Below are positions 56,020-64,000 of a stretch of 64,000 nt of DNA, in pieces. The DNA is from Octopus sinensis (Eukaryota): contig NC_043009.1 of the NCBI RefSeq assembly GCF_006345805.1, positions 2,914,001 to 2,978,000 of the forward strand, given 5' to 3'. The stretch's first letter is position 1, and each line of letters begins with the position of its first letter. The notes below the pieces were generated by a model, which did no database searches, was not told the DNA's origin, and saw only the letters and a program-made list of their open reading frames with translations. A program made the position numbers and the translations under genes.

Positions 56020-56900
56020 TTGATATAACTTCCCCAAAACAAAGAAATGTATTTTAAAATATGGCAAATATAATGGAAAACATTCGTAAGAGAAGCAACC
56101 GAGGGTGTCTTAACTATAATGTAATGGCTAAAGTTTCGATTATGTCCATATAGTAAAATAACTTAAATTATCATACGTAGTGTTTTAAATAATTTCAACT
56201 AGGTGTGATTTGCGAAACAAACATTTCGTTGCTATTATGTTAAAGTGGGATATATCAAAATTTGTCCAAATGCATTTTTTCAATATTTAGTTTTGTTTGC
56301 AATAGCCGGTTCTTTTGGTAAAACTATCATATCTACAGTTGCTTCAGATGCAAAAAAATAAAAAGAATTCTAAAACTACATTTCGTTACTTACGACGCTT
56401 TTGCATAATAGCAATGATGTGTAAATTCATTCACATGGAGAAAGGACAATGAAGGAAATCACAATAATATTAATGATATGCATTCATGAAGTTAGCTTAT
56501 GTTTTGTACCTGTCGCACTCCCAGATAACCATTGGTAGGTATTTTTCTTAGAAATAAAGAAGTTCTTTTAAAGCATAAATTTTAATTCCACGTTGAGGTC
56601 TGGGGTTCCATCAGGGCTGTCTCTTGGCAAAGAGCCTACTGCATCTAGTCCACACTTGTGTTGGACGGCAGTAAACGGATTTACTAAATTAAATGAAGTG
56701 ATTATGGATATCCTTCTTAACTTTCATTCAGCAGATGGCTTAATAGATATGGGTCATCACTTATGAAACTTGATATAAATTTTACGAAAGGATTTAACAG
56801 TATGTGAAAGAAGTTTTCAAGTCAGGGAGTTTCGCAGGTTGGGACTGCCACAATCATTCTTAATTTGAGATCCTTCAGAAATGTTTATGCAGATTGAATG
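56020..56900 (+). mobile_element. Possible ancient L1/Tx1-like reverse transcriptase remnant
   Basis: Ordered, plausibly spaced degenerate motifs LPQNK..IWQI, NYNVMAKV, SGV(H)QGCLLA and SADG (cf. LPK..NWRPI, DYKILAK, GVRQGCPL, YADD). Requires frameshifts. Confidence 0.35.
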
Positions 56901-57990
56901 TGATTCTTTGTAGGCTCCATTAATTGTTTTATTTTTGTGAATTCTGTGTCAAATAATCAATTTCCTTATTATTTATGCGGGTAGACTACATTTGACAAAC
57001 CAAACGCCATTTAAGAATGAGAATATATTTACCCTCAACAAATACAGGGCGCCAAAACAAGACAAATTCCACTTACTGAATATATGGACATATACGTGAT
57101 CATTAAGCCTCCCTAATTTCCTGTCTTCCCAATCTATCAATGTGCAGACCATATTCCAGATCAAACAAGAATTAATAAGAGGAGTTCGTTTCTTAAAGGA
57201 TATAGACCAATGTTGAACTGTCTCAAAAAAGACATGGGTAATTTGCGAATCAACATCCTATATGAAGTAATTATTGTAGAATATCTACATGTGGTCGTTC
57301 TTAGGAAAAACTAGAATTCATGTAGCAGTTATGTAACTTATTTGCTCCTCAGTATTTGATTTGCCTCACACTGTGTTAATAAAGAAATGATATGTTCAAA
57401 CATGTTCAATAAGAGGAAAGGATCGCTAAAGCATAACATTATTATTCGACAGAATAATAAACAATAATTATCTATAACACTTTCAGGTAAACAAATATTG
57501 TATTACTTATACATTCACCCGTTTGCAACTGTCATGTGACATATTCAAAGTAGATCAACTCTTATGTGAACTTCTGCGACTAACGCATGAATTTCATACA
57601 CGAACATTGCGTCATCAACAGATAGTGTTTTGAGCCACATTAGCACTTTGAAAACAAAGTATTCTTATAAGAATAGCCAGAAAAAAAAACATGTTTTGCG
57701 AGACAGCTCCATGTACTTTACACTTTTAAAAATCTGATACGAAACTGCTAGAGTGCATTCATATATGTTAAAATATAATCACATTCTGATTAACTCAAAT
57801 ATATTCTCTGTGCATTTTCAACTTAATATCTTATGTATATATATATATACAACATATAAACAAGGGCGAAAGAAAAAATGTCTAATGCCAAATATGCCGA
57901 AAATAGACACATTATCCATAACCATATAATGTATCACAATATTCACGTTACTCGAAGAAGGACGACAGAAATTTCTAACAAATTCCGTTA

Positions 57991-58051
57991 TTACCATATC
58001 GGACACGATTTCAGAGTTAGTTCATAAGAACCTTCCCTTCGTCAGTGATAA
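57991..58051 (-). ncRNA. Intact type I hammerhead ribozyme
   Basis: UUAUCA-CUGACGA-AGGG(aaGGUUCuuauGAACUaa)CUCU-GAAA-UCG(UGUC)CGA-U-A|UGGUAA. All three helices pair, the core is canonical, and the AUA triplet predicts a cut between 57997 and 57996. Confidence 0.85.
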
Positions 58052-58299
58052 ATGCGGCAAAGAAATAAATGAAATACTTACTTATACCTATGGAAAAAAG
58101 CGAACAGTAAGTCATGAGCACAACTAAGTACCCCAAATATATCCAAAATAGAAATATATATATATATACATATATATATAAAGAGATAAATATACAAACA
58201 TAAAAATATATTATCTATCTCTATATATATATGTGTGTGTGTATGTGTTTGAGCGTATGTAAATGTAAACATGTATATCTACATACGCACTTTGTATCT

Positions 58300-59475
58300 A
58301 AAGTGACGAATGAAGCATAATTATTTTTATTAACAGACATATTATGATCGATAGCACATTGATAGATGAAAGAAGTCTTATATTTCATTTCATCCTGTTT
58401 TTCATATTGCAGGAAAACAATGGATTACAAGTCGAAGCATCGTGTCTACATTCAGTTCATGACAATGGAGGCCCGTAACGACGGCGTGTAGTACATTAAA
58501 CATCCACAAATAGTTAGAGAGGAGCTGAAGCTTTTTTTACAGAGAAGACATCATTGAAAGGAGTAACTGACACGGTGGGAGAGAAAAGTTTCAGGCGAAA
58601 TTGCAGTGAAGATAAATAACCCGGTGCAAGACTTTCAAATCGAGTTATTGATGCGAATAGCCAACGTGTGACGACCCGATTTGGGTGTTCATATGGCTTA
58701 TAATCTATGATTTTGCTGTACAATAGGACTGTTGGTATAATGCGTCTCGGTGGAAAACGCTGGCTATTTGAAATTGCAGTCTTTGTGGATACTGAGGCAG
58801 ATTTGAAGAACTAAAGTTTAGAAAGATCTTCTGATCTGCTGAAAGCATTTCAAGCAATGAAAACATGTTCGTGTCCGAGCTGAAGGCCAGGCATTCATCA
58901 CAGGTAAGCTCAACAGTCAGCTATCGTCACAAAAGTTCGCGGTGTTTTGGGGAATGCCAAGGGCACCATTCTCTTCGATTTTTTGTAACATGCAACATAT
59001 GAGCAAGAAGCGTTACATTGAGATGCTCAATAAGCCTTATAAAGAGGTAAAGAAGTCATAAGGAAGAAGGGAAATGCCAAGCACTTGAAACATTTCGCAA
59101 GTGAGTTGGAAATATGAGACACGACATCTACTGACTACGAATTATGCATTCCGTTTAACATACAGCCCGGATCTTCGCTCTCAATTATAAATTCGGTTCA
59201 AGGAAGAACACACGCTATTTGGGGACAAGGAATTGATGACACAGGTGGAATGAAAATACTTAGAATGATTGGCACGACAGTCCCAACATAAATCTTTTCA
59301 TAGTAGATTCGAAAGTTGAGTTCAGTAAGGTATAAAGACGTCATTCGAGTTGGAGTCTATGCCTAGCACTAAATGTATAGAAGGGGTTACCCTACTGAGA
59401 CATGAAACTTAAACGTCCTATGACAATTTATAAAAGTCGTGTTCACTGTCTGATTACTTTCGCTTCATCCCCTCT
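58300..59475 (+). mobile_element. Highly degraded mariner transposon
   Basis: Residual motifs VFW..AKGTILFDFL (about 58942-58985), YSPDL (59161-59175) and IRKL..GVY near 59310-59360. Ends approximate. Confidence 0.65.
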
Positions 59476-60294
59476 TTATACGGCTATATAGTGTATAAAC
59501 GCACATACTTGTATATCCTGTGTTACTACCTTATACTCGAGTCTGCAGAAATATAATGGAAACATTAGCATAAATGCGTTATTGAAGTTATACTGAATTA
59601 TTAATAAAACAAAAATTGTCGGGATATCAGTATTTTATTATATTTCGCTTGGTAAGCAGATTGATACGCAAAACTGCTTGAATACGCAAAAATGCTTCGA
59701 TGAACATTAACATAAAATTATAAAATTAAATTACGGAAATGAGCTGTTTTTAATGATATAATGGATAAAATGATTTGCATTTATATGAAATTTATTACAA
59801 TAAAAAAAAATTCTTATAGAAAGTGATTAGCGAGGAAGCTGAAATGATAGAGTCTTAAAGTAACGATATTTCCAGCTAAAGCAAACTTGAAAAGAACTTT
59901 TTAAAGCCAGAAATCAAAGCGTTATGAGTGAAATTTATGATCCGGTTTTACACATAATCCTCAGAATAGTGCTATACGTTTACACCTTGTTTTACCCCTC
60001 ATATTACTAGGTCCATATTACTTACCTATATTTCCTGATCTTGCTGATCTGATACTAAGGTTTTGGTATCACATTTTGTTTTAAACACTGATATGAATAT
60101 TTAAATTTGTACTAATTTAAAGAAGGCTCTATAGACTTTGACTGATGTTGTCAAAGTTTATGCGATAATTTAACTGTATCTGTTTGACAGATACACACAC
60201 ACACACGCACGCACACGCACACACATACACACGCCCGTCCGCACGTACAGAGATACACACCATCCCTCCCATATATATATATATACGCCATGAT

Positions 60295-60463
60295 AGATCG
60301 TTAGTGACTAACCTTTTTTCTATTTTCTTTCCCTGTTTATTTCTATGTTCCTTTCTGTCGAAAAGCGTAGGTGCGAAACGTAAAAGACTTTCTCACTTCC
60401 CGAATGTTAAACTAATGGTTGTGGTTTAACCGTCTTCGTCTTTTGTTTTTTTGTAAATTCTCA

Positions 60464-60465
<2 letters not shown>
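60295..60465 (+). mobile_element. Short repeat with degenerate minimal hammerhead motif
   Basis: cttt-ctgtcgaaaagcgtaggtgc-GAAAC-GTA-aaag (60351-60386): stem I CTTT/AAAG and palindromic ACGT stem III. Confidence 0.45.
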
Positions 60466-60515
<50 letters not shown>

Positions 60516-60529
60516 CAACAACACGACAA

Positions 60530-60727
60530 CACGAACTTTTGTCAGTGAACAGGTCACGGTGTCAAAGCGACGAAAATATTTTGACAAATTAAATTTAAAT
60601 TTTGAAGTGAATCTAACGGTTTTTGTGTGTTTTTAAATGGCTTATAAACACCTTCCACGCTGCAATTGTTTTCGTCCCAGCACACGATCTTAGATCAAGT
60701 CACTCGCTATGCAAGTACATCTCCGTA

Positions 60728-60730
<3 letters not shown>
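60530..60730 (+). mobile_element. Short repeat with variant-core hammerhead-like fold at 60538-60588
   Basis: TTTGTCA-GTGAACA-gGTCAC..GCGAC-GAAA-ATAT-TT-TGACAAA. Flanked by (TA)n. Confidence 0.5.
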
Positions 60731-60785
<55 letters not shown>

Positions 60786-61250
60786 ACTCCTATAATATTC
60801 CTCACAAAAATGAGAGACTTAATTGCGGAATACATTGGAAAATAGGTGAAATGATAGAAGGAAAACACAATATACACATTAAAATATTAACAAGCAACAG
60901 CTCAACTTAAACATTAACATTAACATTTAATAAGGTGACGTGCAACAACTGGCAGTCGTAAGGCAATTTAGTGGAAATATAAGCAAATGTTCGACGAACA
61001 TACGGTAAGGAACACATTAGCCCTATTCATACAAGCTTTTAAGAATGATTCTGCGAAATCCTAAAAAGTTTTAACTATGTATATAGGAAATTTCATATTC
61101 TAATATAGCAGGAAGTAAGCTATATGAGTTATGAAACGTTCCTTACATTGAAATATATCGAAACCGTAGTCATGTCATTCATGAAACACGTATATATAAA
61201 TATTATTTTGTCCCTTATCCTTTATGGGGTTCACTTATTCGAAGCAAATG

Positions 61251-61405
61251 GCTACTTTCAGTTTCCGTCTAACAAATCGCCCTCAATGATTTGGTGTCAA
61301 CTCGAGTCTATAGAAGAAAAAATCTTGGTCAAGTTGCCGGGCTTTAGGAGTGAATCTAGAACCATGTAGCTGCGAAGGAAAATTCATACCATACGACCAC
61401 AGCTG
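61251..61405 (-). mobile_element. SINE family A head, old
   Basis: ctttcagtttccgtctaacaaatc...ctatagaagaa...gaaccatgt. Confidence 0.65.
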
Positions 61406-61478
61406 AATGTCACACACCCACACACACACGTATATAAATATATACATATACATATATAAGTTTATATATATATTATAT

Positions 61479-61510
<32 letters not shown>

Positions 61511-61525
61511 ATATATATATATATA

Positions 61526-62227
61526 GGTGGCACATTCCGGCTGAACCACATGTCTCTGACCCTCATCTACCGAAACCAGGACCGGCCGGACTGCTGACAC
61601 AACGATGATTTCCGGCAATGGCTTGTCCACAAACACCTCCCGTTTACTGTCTTCCGCCTGCCGAGGTTTCTCTCTGTTTGCCCTCACACCTTGCTTCACA
61701 AATGCTGTTTTGCGCAAGCTCAGTTCAGGCACTTGATCCTTTCTTGCAGCTGAAGCAACAACGTTTAGCACTAAATTATGTCTAAATATATATCATTCAG
61801 TCTGGAGTGCCTTGAGGCAAGCTGATAGCATGTGCTTGAGACTACCATACTACACATACAAATCGCACTGTCGACCCTCTTTTGAGATTTGCTGGAGACG
61901 GATGCACATAATACGCAGTCTGAATCAGAGCTTTCAAATACCAAGAAGTCAACTTCCACCGATCAGAGCACTTCCACTCCAGCTTTTCGATATCATCCCA
62001 ATACCAGCTATTAACGCTGCTGTGCTTGTTACACTGCGTGACCCAGAGGCCTCTCATATTCCAGCTACCTTATTTGCTGTCCACGTAGCTTCGGCTGTCT
62101 TGTTCACTTCACTCAGATAAGAACTGCTCTCTCCTAACAAGTCCAACACTAGCCCTGCCGTCTATAATCACCCTACCATCTTCAGCATTCTGGGTCATCT
62201 CATCAAGCCGCTGCATCGCCTCAGTTG
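61526..62227 (-). mobile_element. Fragment of RLE-type non-LTR retrotransposon (HERO-like): zinc knuckle to endonuclease start
   Basis: Minus strand: DGRASVG, LKALIQTAYYVHPSPANL, GSLKHMLSACLKALQTE*YIFRHNLVLNVVA, AFVKQG and LPEIIVVSAVRPVLVSVDEGQRHVVQPE (cf. LPSP.NL, HILS.C..AL..GRY.WRH, RPD). Confidence 0.82.
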
Positions 62228-62237
62228 ATATATATAA

Positions 62238-62300
<63 letters not shown>

Positions 62301-62306
<6 letters not shown>

Positions 62307-62390
62307 GAATAAGGGTAGAAATTGTAATAATCAATTAAAACCAGTGGCCTAGCGTATTAAAGAAATCCGAAGATTAAAATATTTTTACAT
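62301..62390 (-). mobile_element. 3' terminal fragment of the 9.1-9.7 kb element family
   Basis: Reverse complement aatcttcggatttctttaatacgctaggccactggttttaattg..tacccttatt aligns with 9619-9697. Confidence 0.75.
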
Positions 62391-62401
62391 ACATGTATGT
62401 A

Positions 62402-62432
<31 letters not shown>

Positions 62433-62434
<2 letters not shown>

Positions 62435-63352
62435 CACAATCAAGGAATGGCCATAATAGGCCATTCACCCACTAGAAATAACAGCCAAAGCTTCAACCGC
62501 AAAATAACATTAATTCCGCAAACCAGGAGAAAATTAAAAAAACATTTACCCTGTAATTTCTTATACGGGCTTGATTTAATTTAATCAGGTTAGTTTACCA
62601 TTAAACAATAGATGAAACGGTGCATCGTATAAGAAATTACAGGGTAAATGTTTTTTTTTTAATTTTCTCCTGGTTTGCGGAATTAATGTTATTTTGCGGT
62701 TGAAGCTTTGGCTGTTATTTCTAGTGGGTGAATGGCCTATTATGGCCATTCCTTGATTGTGATGTTGAACTTATAAATGGTCTATGACTATTTAATTTTT
62801 TCCCACTAGGCCGCTGGTGGCAAATAAATTCTACGAAATTTTTTGCCACCCTATATTGATTAATTATGAATTTTCTGGTTAATTCCGTAATGGAATCGGC
62901 GGCTTATATTTGCTGCCGATAAATTTGGCGCGAGTGCGATGATTTGAAAGTTTTAGGTCAGATATTGCCGAGGGAAGGATAGAGGTACCTCGTGATAATA
63001 TCTGCTGGGATCTGGCTGTTTCTTACTGACGAATCTATCGGCCTATGGAAAATTGGCTTGATTTAATTTAATCAGGTTAGTTTACCATTAAACAATAGAT
63101 GAAACGGTGCATCGTATAAGAAATTACAGGGTAAATGTTTTTTTTAATTTTCTCCTGGTTTGCGGAATTAATGTTATTTTGCGGTTGAAGCTTTGGCTGT
63201 TATTTCTAGTGGGTGAATGGCCTATTATGGCCATTCCTTGATTGTGATGTTGAACTTATAAATGGTCTATGACTATTTAATTTTTTCCCACTAGGCCGCT
63301 GGTGGCAAATAAATTCTACGAAATTTTTTGCCACCCTATATTGATTAATTAT
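62433..63352 (+). mobile_element. Young non-coding retrozyme/Penelope pLTR-like element (inverted arm plus 1.6 tandem units, period 487 bp)
   Basis: 62568-62867 equals 63055-63352 apart from T-run length. 62433-62567 is the reverse complement of 62626-62763. Contains an intact HHR, has no real ORF, and sits in (TA)n. Confidence 0.88.
63019..63123 (+). ncRNA. Intact type I hammerhead ribozyme with long stem II
   Basis: UUUCUUA(63019-25)-CUGACGA(63026-32)-AUCUAU...AUAGAU(63033-63100)-GAAA-CGG(UGCA)UCG-U-A|UAAGAAA(63117-23). GUA triplet at 63114-63116. Confidence 0.9.
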
Positions 63353-63362
63353 AAAAAACATA

Positions 63363-63393
<31 letters not shown>

Positions 63394-63417
63394 CAGATAC
63401 ATATAGATACATACATG

Positions 63418-63478
<61 letters not shown>

Positions 63479-63527
63479 ATACATGTCTCTGTGTGTGTGT
63501 GGATGTATATATATTCTTTTATTGTTT

Positions 63528-63728
63528 TATTTTTTAGTTATTTGACTGTGGCAATGCTGCAGCACCCCTTTATGCAAAGAAATCAAATCCAGGAATTATA
63601 CTTTGTAAGTCCTGTACTTATTCCATCGGACCCTTTTACTAAACCCGTACGTTATGGGGACGTAAACACACCAAAATCGATTGCCGTGTGAATCGTGGGG
63701 CGCGGGGACAAACACTCACACAAACATA

Positions 63729-63800
<72 letters not shown>

Positions 63801-63959
63801 GTATAAATAAATGCGATGGCGTCTTCAAGTCTCTGTCTACCAAAACCACTCGACCAACAACATAGTAGAAGACACTTGCTCACGGTGCTACGCCGTGGGA
63901 CAGAACCAGGAAGCATGCGGTTGCGTAGCCACCTTCTCACGACGCAACCCATCCTGCGC
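63528..63959 (-). mobile_element. SINE family A, full length, diverged
   Basis: tttgactgtggcaatgctgcagcacc...ggggacgtaaacacacc...agtagaagacacttgc...cctgcgc. Confidence 0.85.
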
Positions 63960-64000
63960 TTATATATATGTATGTATATATATATATATATATATATATA

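Overview
AT-rich, microsatellite-dense eukaryotic DNA with a 100-N assembly gap at 34381-34480. The SINE families suggest an octopus/cephalopod genome, which is an inference. I could not support any host protein-coding gene; most listed ORFs are translated (TA)n/(CA)n/(TATC)n tracts. The window is a transposon graveyard. It holds two main tRNA-derived SINE families, several Tc1/mariner elements (including a DD37D maT, an internally deleted Tc1 and a 5'-5' inverted mariner), non-autonomous Helitrons, a palindromic MITE, three R4/Dong-like LINE 3' ends stacked in a (TAA)n tract, a HERO-like RLE LINE fragment and a Penelope GIY-YIG remnant. The main discovery is a set of hammerhead-ribozyme (HHR) retroelements. 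Two type I hammerheads have intact cores: 63019-63123 (+) and 57991-58051 (-). The first lies in a very young non-coding element with a 487-bp period and a tandem-plus-inverted (Penelope/retrozyme-like) layout. An older relative at 9.1-9.7 kb keeps the same order of hairpins and the same E2F/CHR-like motifs. A tRNA-headed HHR element and several degenerate or variant-core HHR motifs are also present. All alignments and folds were done by eye.
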